Positions 52,977-62,200 of a DNA stretch of 64,000 nucleotides are shown one piece after another. The stretch lies in IMG/VR virus record IMGVR_UViG_3300042270_000314; one strand, written 5' to 3'. The notes beneath the pieces are model-generated. The model was not told the DNA's origin. It was given only the letters and a program-made list of their open reading frames with translations, and did no database searches. The stretch is from a virus. Taxonomy: Duplodnaviria > Heunggongvirae > Uroviricota > Caudoviricetes. Each line of letters starts with the position of its first letter. The stretch's first letter is position 1. The position numbers were made by a program, and so were the translations under genes.

Positions 52977-54688
52977 TAATAATCCTCACTTAATAATCTA
53001 AGAATCAAATTTGTTTCTTTGATGGATTTTACATTAATAGCTGTATCGCACTTTTTGGAAATTTCTACATCATTACCAGAGTCACATTCATCACCAATAT
53101 ATAGACATTTATTAAAACTATATTGATCTAAAATATATTTCTTACATGCATTCTTTGGAATTATATCAATACTAGTAGTTCCAGTAACTTTAGCAATACA
53201 ATCAATACTATTATGAAAAAAGAATATATTAAGATGTGTTGTAAATTCTTTTCTATATTGATCATCTAGGGGTTTAATATTAATACAAGTTATAATTTTG
53301 CCATAACCTCTTTCTGTAACTTTAATTGACATTCCATGAATATCCAAATAATTCCTTATTAAATCTATATCATCCTCTTTAATTCTCATAATATGGTCAT
53401 AATAAAGATCATTTTTATAACAAATTAATCCACCATCAGCCCAAATATCAATACCAGAATGATCCCCAAATCTTTTTCTAATATGAGAATATTTGTTTCC
53501 AGAAGCAATAACGATTTTTTTCTTTTTTGCTAAATATTTTACATATTCAACATTTGCAATAGAAATAGAATTTAAGTAATAATCTTTCTTTCTTGAGTAA
53601 ATTGTATCATCAAAATCCATAAAAATAGTATCATGATTAAGTAAATTATAATATATAGAATAAACTGCATTACCTAAAAGAATAGGGTTATGTTTTCCTT
53701 TATTATTTTCCATATCATAAAAGACACTAGTATCTTTATACCCGGGATTTACAATACGCATAATCATAGATGCATTATTATTAAAAAGAAATGTTGTATT
53801 GTTTAAATCAACATATGAAGATACTATTTTAATAATATCTGCACTATTGATACCTTTCATATCCTTATCTTCTTCATTATTAACAATAAAAATCTTTTTA
53901 CCAGAATAATCATTCATAATATGCTGAAATTCAGTATTCTTATATGTGGGGATCAATGAACTCCATTGAGTTCCTGAACTAAAGATCAAAAGATCTGTTT
54001 TTTCTAAAATAAGATCTTTAACTTTTGGATTAAGAAAGTAATAATGGCTTTGTGTGCATTCAAGATCCTTGTTATAGAAGAACACATCTTTAATTTCAAT
54101 TTCTTGGTTGTTTAGATCAACAATGGAGCCCTCATCCATAAGAACGTTTTTTGTTGTGTGAGCTCGAAGTACAAGATTCTCAAAAGAATTTATTACAACA
54201 TCATCTTTTAGATTTAAAAATTTCTTAAAAAACTCTGCTACCTTTTCTTCTTTATTCGGGAACCCCTCATAATAAATACACATCCCGCCATACACAATAT
54301 TAGCAATAGAAAAATCTTTAAACTCAAAATTAGGGTCTATTCTTTCAAAAAATAGATCTACAGCATTATAGAAAATCTGAAGCTCCCATTGTTCTAAAGC
54401 ACTTTCAATAAATTTTTTAGGATTCTCTTTTGGAATATCAAACCGCATTTCATAAAAATCTAAAATACTTTGATTATGGATGTCGTGATTTGTAAGATAC
54501 TGAACATAATGATTTTTTCTAAGATCAGAGGGTCCAAGACAATTACAAATTTCTCGAACCTGACCAGTACTTTTACCATCATCATACATATTAATTAAAT
54601 TGGTGATCTTACAATCAGGATAAAGCGCTTTTAGGCCCTTTTGTAACTGAATTGAACCGGATCCACCAGACAAAATAGTTATATTCAT
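52976..54688 (-). CDS. CofD/YvcK(UPF0052)-like domain fused to a HAD-IIB phosphomannomutase-like domain
   Basis: N-terminal LSGGSG, DDGKSTG, GPSDLRK, GTQWSSLIP; C-terminal DFDDT, ASG, SIDI.PK...K..L, GDECDSGND.EI. Confidence 0.78.
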   Translation of the reverse strand: MNITILSGGSGSIQLQKGLKALYPDCKITNLINMYDDGKSTGQVREICNCLGPSDLRKNHYVQYLTNHDIHNQSILDFYEMRFDIPKENPKKFIESALEQWELQIFYNAVDLFFERIDPNFEFKDFSIANIVYGGMCIYYEGFPNKEEKVAEFFKKFLNLKDDVVINSFENLVLRAHTTKNVLMDEGSIVDLNNQEIEIKDVFFYNKDLECTQSHYYFLNPKVKDLILEKTDLLIFSSGTQWSSLIPTYKNTEFQHIMNDYSGKKIFIVNNEEDKDMKGINSADIIKIVSSYVDLNNTTFLFNNNASMIMRIVNPGYKDTSVFYDMENNKGKHNPILLGNAVYSIYYNLLNHDTIFMDFDDTIYSRKKDYYLNSISIANVEYVKYLAKKKKIVIASGNKYSHIRKRFGDHSGIDIWADGGLICYKNDLYYDHIMRIKEDDIDLIRNYLDIHGMSIKVTERGYGKIITCINIKPLDDQYRKEFTTHLNIFFFHNSIDCIAKVTGTTSIDIIPKNACKKYILDQYSFNKCLYIGDECDSGNDVEISKKCDTAINVKSIKETNLILRLLSEDY

Positions 54689-54697
54689 ATACTCTCC

Positions 54698-55810
54698 TTA
54701 CAGATTTTCTTCTATAATTTTTCTAAAATCTTTACAATATTCATTTATATCTATCATCGTATCCTTGTATTGTAAATCTTGAATCAAGGAAATATGTTTT
54801 GGGTTTTGCTTTAGAAATCTAAGTTTCTTTGCTACATCTTCTCTTGAAGATACATAGCAAAATTTTCTAAGTGTCTCATTAGTAAATACTCGTTTATTTT
54901 TATCATAAGAATCATCTATAAATGTAATATTACCACATAGAATAGATTCATATATCCTTTGTGCTAGATCATCAACCTGCTTATACAGAATGTCACCAAT
55001 AATAACTGTGGAAAGCCCCTTCTTCATTTCTTCATCAAAGTTTTCATATGGAACAGCTTTGCCAAATTCCGGCATCCTAAGATTTTGTTTGTTTTTCTTA
55101 AAATGTTTTTCTTCAATCTTTCCAAACATATTAACTTTAATATCTTCTGGATAGCCAAAATAAAATTTGATCATATCATCTTCACGTCTACCAGATCTAA
55201 ATGTTCCACCATAACTAATATCCCAAATACACTCTTCAGGATTTAGAAAATTTTTATTCATAGTTACAAGGGGAAACTTCTCAAATGGAAAATGAATAAC
55301 ATCTTTAATATCAATCTTGCTCTTTTTGATATGCTCTTTATATTTTAAAATATCTTTTGGTTGACAGATATATTTGATGTCTTTCCTTTGGATAAGAATA
55401 TCTTCCTTTAAGTAATTATCTCTCCATTCCTTCTTTTCAATAGAGGGCCAAACCTGAGTTAAAGTAAGATTAGGATCACATAGAATATAGAAAACCGGAC
55501 CTTTGAAATTATTTACAATTTTGTAAGCAATTGTATCTGATGGAGAATCTTGACCACCAAAATAATTTGCATTACCATTTAAGATCAATAAACAATCATA
55601 TTCTTCACTTCTAACTTCTTCTTTTAAAATATCTCTAATTTGAAAATCCAAAGGCATTTGATCTTTATTAAGAATTTTGGTATAAGCGGTTACATCAATT
55701 CCTGCAGTTGTAAGAAGCTTAATAATTGCTAGGGTTTCCCCATTGCCGCCGGAAGTAGACCTAGAATTAACACAGATTCTGGATCCAAGTTTTAAAACAC
55801 ATACTTTCAT
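54698..55810 (-). CDS. bgt: DNA beta-glucosyltransferase homolog (T4 BGT family)
   Basis: NYFGG, QVWP, HFPFE, YGGTFRSGRRE (T4: YGGSFRSGQRE), IIGD..Y, RIYES. Confidence 0.85.
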   Translation of the reverse strand: MKVCVLKLGSRICVNSRSTSGGNGETLAIIKLLTTAGIDVTAYTKILNKDQMPLDFQIRDILKEEVRSEEYDCLLILNGNANYFGGQDSPSDTIAYKIVNNFKGPVFYILCDPNLTLTQVWPSIEKKEWRDNYLKEDILIQRKDIKYICQPKDILKYKEHIKKSKIDIKDVIHFPFEKFPLVTMNKNFLNPEECIWDISYGGTFRSGRREDDMIKFYFGYPEDIKVNMFGKIEEKHFKKNKQNLRMPEFGKAVPYENFDEEMKKGLSTVIIGDILYKQVDDLAQRIYESILCGNITFIDDSYDKNKRVFTNETLRKFCYVSSREDVAKKLRFLKQNPKHISLIQDLQYKDTMIDINEYCKDFRKIIEENL

Positions 55811-55838
55811 ATAATCTCCAATTGGGGGAATTTGGGTT

Positions 55839-55846
55839 TATTTATA
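55839..55846 (-). promoter_or_regulatory. possible late promoter before bgt
   Basis: TATAAATA overlapping the upstream stop codon, 28 nt before ATG. Confidence 0.4.
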
Positions 55847-56312
55847 TCTTTGAAGATAGCATTTCTATCCATTTTAGATTTATATTTTGAGAATATTTGG
55901 TTTTAGGTGTAACCGGCCAATAATATCCTATAATACCATAGTCAGTGTATCCAAATTGAAAATAATGAGAGGGAAGTTTTCTCATAAGATTAGATTGGTG
56001 GGAAATATGAACTAGATCATCCCCCCACCATTTTGGGAGAGTCATTTTGTGTAAATCAACATCATAATAAGGAATTTTTTCGAATTTGAAGCCTCGTGAA
56101 ATACATTCATACTTCATAAAATTAGCATAGTGTTTGAGAGCCCAAATGTTATTTTTCCACATTCGAACTGCGGGATGGTTCTTCCAGGCATTGGATCTGC
56201 CCTCAAGAACATTAATAATTTGAAAACATTCAAGATGTTGTTTGTTAAGTCTCTTGTTATCGAGGACTCTGGCGCATATAAAAAAATCTTTCGAGGGGAC
56301 AAATGTTTGCAT
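55842..56312 (-). CDS. pyrimidine dimer DNA glycosylase-like (MSMEG_6728/DenV-related) protein
   Basis: MQTF.P, LD.KRL.KQ..E..QI, W.NHPAV.MW, SHQSNL.RK. Confidence 0.75.
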   Translation of the reverse strand: MQTFVPSKDFFICARVLDNKRLNKQHLECFQIINVLEGRSNAWKNHPAVRMWKNNIWALKHYANFMKYECISRGFKFEKIPYYDVDLHKMTLPKWWGDDLVHISHQSNLMRKLPSHYFQFGYTDYGIIGYYWPVTPKTKYSQNINLKWIEMLSSKI

Positions 56313-56711
56313 AAAAAAGCTCCTATAGGTTAAATAAAAAAAATTATATCCTATAGGAGCAAGTTGTAAACTAATAATCTATTGCCCACATATGAACTTG
56401 ACTTGGGAGGGCATTCTTAATGTTTATTCTAGAGATCCAAGCCTCTCTAATTTTTTTTCTGGTCTCTCGGTCTTTTGTTGTTAACCCAAGTGACTGAAGC
56501 TTCTTCTTATGAATAAGGAACTCTTTATAGGTAAGTCTATATTTTTCCTTTATCCTGTCTGGTCTAAAATCAAAATCAAAAACTCTTTCATAATAGGATT
56601 CCTTGAATCCAAGAATGATAGCAAGAGCAGCAAATTCCATATCAGAAAGTCTATCAATAGTTCTTTGAATAAACATAAGATTCTCCTGGGTTTATTGTTT
56701 TCAATAAGAAG

Positions 56712-56740
56712 AAATTATCAAAAACCCAGGAGAATGTAAA
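56712..56740 (-). promoter_or_regulatory. sigma70-type early promoter
   Basis: TTTACA-17-TAATTT with extended TG, upstream of gene 56371-56676. Confidence 0.6.
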
Positions 56741-56743
56741 CCA

Positions 56744-57877
56744 TTATTGAAACATTTTTTTGAAAAATTTTAATTCTTGTTTTTCTTTATCTTTTAACTT
56801 TTTACCGTTAATAATTACATCATATTCATAATAAATATAAACACTTGGATCTTTAAGATTTAAAGAGCTAATTGTAATATCAAGAATCTTTAGGGTGCCC
56901 TCATTGGTTTTAACAACATCTCCAATTTTAATGTTTCTTGGGATATCAACACCCTCATCTAACTCACCAAATTCGGATTCACTAAGATTTTTTGTCATTT
57001 CTTTGTATTTGTCTAAAAGATCTTTATTCTTACTAATTTCAGTTGACTTCATAGCATATCGTGCTGTCTTAGCGTTTCCAAGATGATATAATGTTTTCTT
57101 TTCATCTCCTCGTTCTTTAGATGCAATTGCTTTTTTCATGTGCTGAGCAAAAGTAGCCTCATCTAAATCTTCTGTTAATGCTTTAGGGTTCTTCTTGAGA
57201 TAATCTTCTAGCCACTCAGCAATTTCAGAAGCCATCATGTCCTTACCACCAGGAACAGGGATTCTAGTTTTGTCTCCATCTTCCTTATCAATCATAACAA
57301 AAACGTTATTGCCAACTTTTTGAGTTTTTGCAATAGATTTACCATTAATGGAAAGGGAACCCTGAACCCCTGTTGTAACTTTGAATCCTTCATCAAGATC
57401 TTTTTCATAAGATGATTCATTTAAATTATAATCAACATTTGGAAAATCTTTTCATAATGATTTTAATTTATTAGAGTCGGTAAAAACTTCGCCAGGCACC
57501 CACTTATTAGAGGAGTCAAATGTATATACTTTAAATTTTATTTTACTATTAGTTCTAAATACAATAACACATTTATCATTATTTTTAGGAGTTTCAATAT
57601 TACCAGTAAGATGGGCAATTTTGAATTCTCTTTCAGATAATCCAATATCTTTTTTTACCGCCAAAACTATAAGAGATGCTTTAGATTCATTCAAATCTTC
57701 TGTAATATAAACAACAATTCGTTTATTGGTTTTAGTATCTCTCAAAGTGGCATGTTTTCCTACTTTAAGATCCTGTTCCGCTTCCCAATATCCATCTTCA
57801 ATTTTCTTTTCTACCTTCTTAAGACTCATCTCCTTTGTCTCAGAAAGATAGTTTTTTAACTTTTGTGCAATGTCCAT
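56744..57877 (-). CDS. putative internal head (ejection) polyprotein, 377 aa; in-frame TGA at 57452-57454
   Basis: Two track ORFs join in frame (KSL[TGA]KDFP); modules separated by LSE/LNE/LDE/LTE linkers. Confidence 0.55.
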
Positions 57878-57886
57878 TATATCTCC

Positions 57887-58210
57887 TTATCTCATCATTT
57901 TTAAAATATCATCATATGAAATGTTATCTTTTATTTTGTCAAAAATTGACTTTGCTTCGTCTTTGCTTTTAAAGGTTTTAACTTTGGCTTCAGTTCCAAG
58001 ATCACCTGAATAAAAAGCTACAGCATAAATGTCTTTTTTACCAAGCTTACCTAACCAAACTTTAGCTCCCATTTTGGACCCTTCATCAACAAAATCTATC
58101 ACTTTATTGACTATGTCATCTTTTGAGAAATAAGCTTTATTCAGCCCAGGGACAACATGATTTTGTAGTGCCTCACCTAAATATTCATCGATTTTTTCAA
58201 TGAGTTTCAT
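57887..58210 (-). CDS. putative internal head protein
   Basis: MKLIEKIDEYLGE N-terminus parallels MDIAQKLKNYLSE. Confidence 0.45.
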   Translation of the reverse strand: MKLIEKIDEYLGEALQNHVVPGLNKAYFSKDDIVNKVIDFVDEGSKMGAKVWLGKLGKKDIYAVAFYSGDLGTEAKVKTFKSKDEAKSIFDKIKDNISYDDILKMMR

Positions 58211-58455
58211 TAACTTACCTTCCTAATTAAACTTTGATCGTTATACTCAGTACGAACGTAGAAGGGTCTATTTACCTGACTGTTCCTAGCATATTGGTAT
58301 ACTGCAGAGTCTTCAGGAGCAACAATCTTTCGTCTATCTTCTTTTGCAGTGGCCCAGGTGTTATAATCCACATCGAATACTGGGAAGCTGTCAGCCCCGT
58401 ATTCAACTGTATCATCAGCAAAAACACCGCTTACATCTGTTTCAATATTACTCAT
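58210..58455 (-). CDS. hypothetical protein
   Basis: AGGAG RBS; TAATG coupling. Confidence 0.55.
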   Translation of the reverse strand: MSNIETDVSGVFADDTVEYGADSFPVFDVDYNTWATAKEDRRKIVAPEDSAVYQYARNSQVNRPFYVRTEYNDQSLIRKVS

Positions 58456-58738
58456 TTTTAATTTCTCCTTTAATATCAACAAAACTATCAGAGACACTAG
58501 CACCTTTGAAAGTCTTTTTTATAAAATTATATTTATTTCTTGAGAGTATAGGGGAATTTACTTTGTATCTTTTTAATTCTCCTAATATATTTCTGCTCTC
58601 AAGTAAACTCAAAATCTTTTCTCTTTCTTCTGATAACCTAACAAAATCTTCTGATTCACCTTTTCTTTCCTCTAATCGTTCTAAAATGTATAAAAGAGTA
58701 AAATCGAAATACTCATTTAAATCAACTTTAATTTTCAT
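58448..58738 (-). CDS. hypothetical protein
   Basis: 96 aa ORF. Confidence 0.5.
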   Translation of the reverse strand: MKIKVDLNEYFDFTLLYILERLEERKGESEDFVRLSEEREKILSLLESRNILGELKRYKVNSPILSRNKYNFIKKTFKGASVSDSFVDIKGEIKNE

Positions 58739-59198
58739 GATTATCCTTTAAGGTTGAAAGAACCTCTCGTAAAGTTTTTGCTTCATCTGGTTTTACCCAT
58801 GACCTATAAATCTTGGATCTAATATTGTTATTAAGTCATTTGTCTGATTCAAGAACACCCAGAGAATATAAGGCCAACTCTTCTGAATATGCCAGAGATC
58901 CTCGACTTGAAACAAAACATAAAATTTCCCTTGTGAAATCGTCAGTTCCACCTGCTTCCTTTATTCATTCCTTAATCTGGGGCGAACTTGACCAATATTT
59001 TTGTCAATCACTCTGAACTCTAACTTTTTTCTTTTTTCCATTGACTGTTTTCTTAGCAGCATTGGTTAAAATTTTTCTACCAATATACTTCTTCCCAGTT
59101 GACTTTTGGGTGATTACATACACAAATCCGAAAGCCTTTTCAAATGGAATATCTTCTTCAGTTAGAATCTCTTTTCCCTGATATATCCAATTACTCAT
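58728..59198 (-). CDS. GIY-YIG-domain protein conserved in T4-like phages; in-frame TGA at 59004, 58965, 58836
   Basis: GFVY.IT..STGKKYIGRK, QSD[TGA]QKYWSSS (family ESDW..YWGSS), F.REIL, VLESD. Confidence 0.8.
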
Positions 59199-59229
59199 TT
59201 TCCTTTCCTTAAAACAATTTGTTATAAAC

Positions 59230-59237
59230 TATTTATA
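59230..59237 (-). promoter_or_regulatory. T4-type late promoter
   Basis: Intergenic TATAAATA 31 nt upstream of ATG 59198. Confidence 0.65.
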
Positions 59238-59249
59238 GAAAAAGAAAAG

Positions 59250-59268
59250 GGAGCCATATAGACTCCCT
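59250..59268 (-). terminator. intrinsic terminator after hsp20
   Basis: GGGAG...CTCCC stem followed by a T-run on the - strand. Confidence 0.6.
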
Positions 59269-59291
59269 AATATTTAATAATTTTTTTTAAA

Positions 59292-59618
59292 TTACATAAT
59301 CTTAAGTTTAGATTTATCTTTTGTTTTTGTTGTTTTTGGAAGTTTAAAGAAAAGTACACCTGCCATATATTCTACAATAATGTCTTCTTCTGTATAATCT
59401 GAATGTACACGAAAATTTACAGTGGTATCAAAATGTTGTCCATAAATTTCTTTTTCACCATCTACAAAGATTTTACCATTTTTGAAAGTTACTTCAAGAT
59501 CTTCCTTCTTAAAATAGGGGACTTCTAAAGCATATACATAAAATTCATCATCTTCAAAATAAACCAAAGATTTTCTGGCATCAAAAATAGAATCAAAAGA
59601 AGTTTTATATGTGAACAT
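59292..59618 (-). CDS. small heat shock protein (Hsp20)
   Basis: LEVP.FKKEDL.V.F..G...V.G...Y..GVL...LPK. Confidence 0.8.
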   Translation of the reverse strand: MFTYKTSFDSIFDARKSLVYFEDDEFYVYALEVPYFKKEDLEVTFKNGKIFVDGEKEIYGQHFDTTVNFRVHSDYTEEDIIVEYMAGVLFFKLPKTTKTKDKSKLKIM

Positions 59619-59731
59619 AAGTTCCTCCTAAAAATTATTTTTCTATAATATAATCATTGGTTTTTAAATGTAAATAGGGGAGCAAGAAAAAAATCAAGAT
59701 CCCTATTTGTTATTCTAAGTTATTGAAATAA

Positions 59732-61075
59732 TTAGGGATATATAAACAATTTATAATTATATCCAAGTTCCTCTGTTGCTTTTTGTTTTAATATATTGAT
59801 ATATATATCTGCATCATATGTGTATTTAGATTTTGTTTCAATAATGAGATTATCTTTAGGAATATAAAAATCAGGAAAATATCTATGTGTCTTTTTATCT
59901 TTATCGCTAAAATATCAAATCTCTGGCATTTCACATCTTTCATATAAAATTTCATCTTCAGAATATTCATTTAATAAAAATTCAAATGTTTTATTTTCAT
60001 ACCCTTGAAGTTTTATTATTTTACCCGATGGAAGTGTAAAATCATGTCATGAATTCTTGTACCCCTGACCAATGTTATTTTCAAAATAATGTTGTAAAAA
60101 TCAGGGCGTACCAAATCGTTTAAAGTTAGTTTCTTTACATTTTTCTATATATTCGGGTGTCTGAGAAAAACTTTCAAAGCCATATCTATCAATATTGGTT
60201 TGTTTAAACTGGTCCCTATTATTATAATTCTCATCACCATATTTCTCAAGCTTAGTGACCTTTCCTTTATCTCTAAATTTCTGAATGGATAGGGTTTGCT
60301 CTTGGCCATATCTTTCAAGATTAGTCTCTTTATACTTATCTCTATTGTTATAATTCTCATCACCATATTTCTCAAGCCTTGTCTGCCTGTTCTTTTCCAT
60401 GTTGTTATAATTCTCATCACCATATTTCTCAAGCTTAGTGACCTTTCCTTTATCTCTAAGTTCTTTAACTTGCAATGTATATTCAACACCATATTTATTT
60501 AAATTAGTGACCTTTCCTTTATCTCTAAATTCTTTAACTTGTAAAGTATGCTCAACACCATATTTCTCAAGGTTGCCTACTTTAATTTTTTCTTTTACTT
60601 CTTCAGATTGACTCACGTTTTCTACACCATATTTTTCCAAACATGTTTGTTTTGATTTTTCAATATTATTATAATTTTCATTGCCATATCTTTCAAGTTT
60701 GGTTTTTCTAATTTTATCTGTATTTGTGCAAAAACCATATCTCTCTATTTTTGTAGCATTCGCCTTTTTATTTGCGGCTGTTCTATCAACACATAGTTTT
60801 GAACAATATGTCTTATAACCACCTGAGCCAAATCCACAAAATTTTAAAGCCTTACCACATGTAAGGCATCTTTTAATACTGTCAATATGATGATATATAT
60901 GATAAAATCTTTGAATTAAAGTGGGATTAATCTCATTAAGAAAGGATGTTAACTTTAATATTTCACTATATAGATCATAACCAAAAATCTCTATAAATTT
61001 ATCTTTTTTAAACACATATGGGTTAATCGCGCCAGATTTACTAATGGCCTTTAAAATTATTTTATTGATATCCAT
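59732..61075 (-). CDS. putative homing endonuclease: KYG repeats plus C-terminal PD-(D/E)XK domain; in-frame TGA at 60101, 60047, 59915
   Basis: About 20-aa LEKYGDENYNN repeats; after read-through LQGYE...YFPDFYIP...IIETKS. Confidence 0.8.
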
Positions 61076-61096
61076 TATTTCTCCAATTAAAAAAGA

Positions 61097-61130
61097 AGAT
61101 ATGAAGGATAAACGTTTATCCTTCATATCT
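61097..61130 (-). terminator. Perfect 34-bp palindrome, probable terminator of gene 32
   Basis: AGATATGAAGGATAAAC|GTTTATCCTTCATATCT followed by TCTTTTTT on the - strand. Confidence 0.75.
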
Positions 61131-61137
61131 ATTTATA
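61130..61137 (-). promoter_or_regulatory. T4-type late promoter of the endonuclease gene
   Basis: TATAAATA abutting the palindrome. Confidence 0.55.
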
Positions 61138-61142
61138 TATTT

Positions 61143-62108
61143 TTAATTAAAGTTTTCTAATTCAGCAAGAAGATCGGCTTCAGACAAATCATCTGAATCG
61201 GAAGATTCTGTAACTTTCTTTTCTTCTTTAGGAGCCTCATCCTTCTTTGTTTCAGTTGGCTTCTTTTCTTCCTTAGGAGCCTCAGTCTTTTCAGAAGGAG
61301 CAGAAGATTCAGAAGCATATCTTTCAAAATCCTTGGCAATAAGATCCCAGAACATTTCATCCTTCATAGCCTTAATGAGATCTGACATAGACTTCATATT
61401 TTTCTTTAGATACTCATTGAGATCTACTCGAGTTTCCATAAGCTTATCAATTTCTTCATCTGAACCGATAGCACTTGGACGACGAGCAAATGTGCTCATA
61501 GAATATTCGGGGAAACTCTGATTCTGGCCTCCGGACTGTGTTCCTACCTTAATGATAAAATTATAACCATCAGGACCCGGATCAAAGATTGCTGCACCTA
61601 GACCATTACGTGTATCTTTAATTTCTTCAGCGAGTTTCTGTTCAAGTTTAGAAGGAAATTCATAAAGAAGAACCTTACCTTCCTGTTTAGATTCATCATC
61701 AGCAGCCTTACCAGCATCTCTGGGATCATATGCAACAAAAACATTAGATACATACTTCTCTTTACGCTTAAGCTTCCTGGCTTCATTCTTATCGCTTTCA
61801 GAGCCCTGAAAAAGCTTATTAACTACTGAACAGATAGGACAAGGGTTGTTAAAATCCTCAGTCTTGGGGCACTGCATATAGACCCATTTTTCACCCATCT
61901 TTCACATATGATAGAAAATCTTCTTATAAAATCCTGAAGCGGGGTCGGGAAGAAATCGTACTTCATATGTCTTAGGATTATCTGAAGGCCCTTTTTCTAG
62001 AGACTTTCACTTCTTGTCAATAAAAGCCCCACCAAATGTATTCTGTGTTTCATTTTTCTTTTCTTCTGTGAACTCTTTGAAGAGATCTTTACTTACCCAC
62101 TTGCTCAT
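61143..62108 (-). CDS. 32: single-stranded DNA-binding protein (T4 gp32); in-frame TGA at 62007 and 61902
   Basis: DKK[TGA]K...VRFLPD, CP.T....PCPIC, RK..Y..NV, YEF, FDP...G.NF.IK, acidic tail. Confidence 0.88.
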
Positions 62109-62200
62109 AATTCTTTCTCCTTTTATTTTTTGTTTAATTACTAAGCACACCGTCTTGAATAAAAATTAACTTGTATCTATGTGAGCAACCTCCTACATAT

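Noticed and set aside
60180-60720. Tandem DNA repeats as a CRISPR-like or non-coding array
   Set aside because: They are in-frame KYGDENYNN protein repeats within the endonuclease gene
8761-62108. TGA-split genes as true pseudogenes
   Set aside because: Essential genes (gp41, gp32) are affected, frames stay open on both sides, and TGAs fall at Trp positions
62109-62200. T4-like gene 32 autoregulatory pseudoknot in the leader
   Set aside because: The long leader is present, but I could not find convincing pairing
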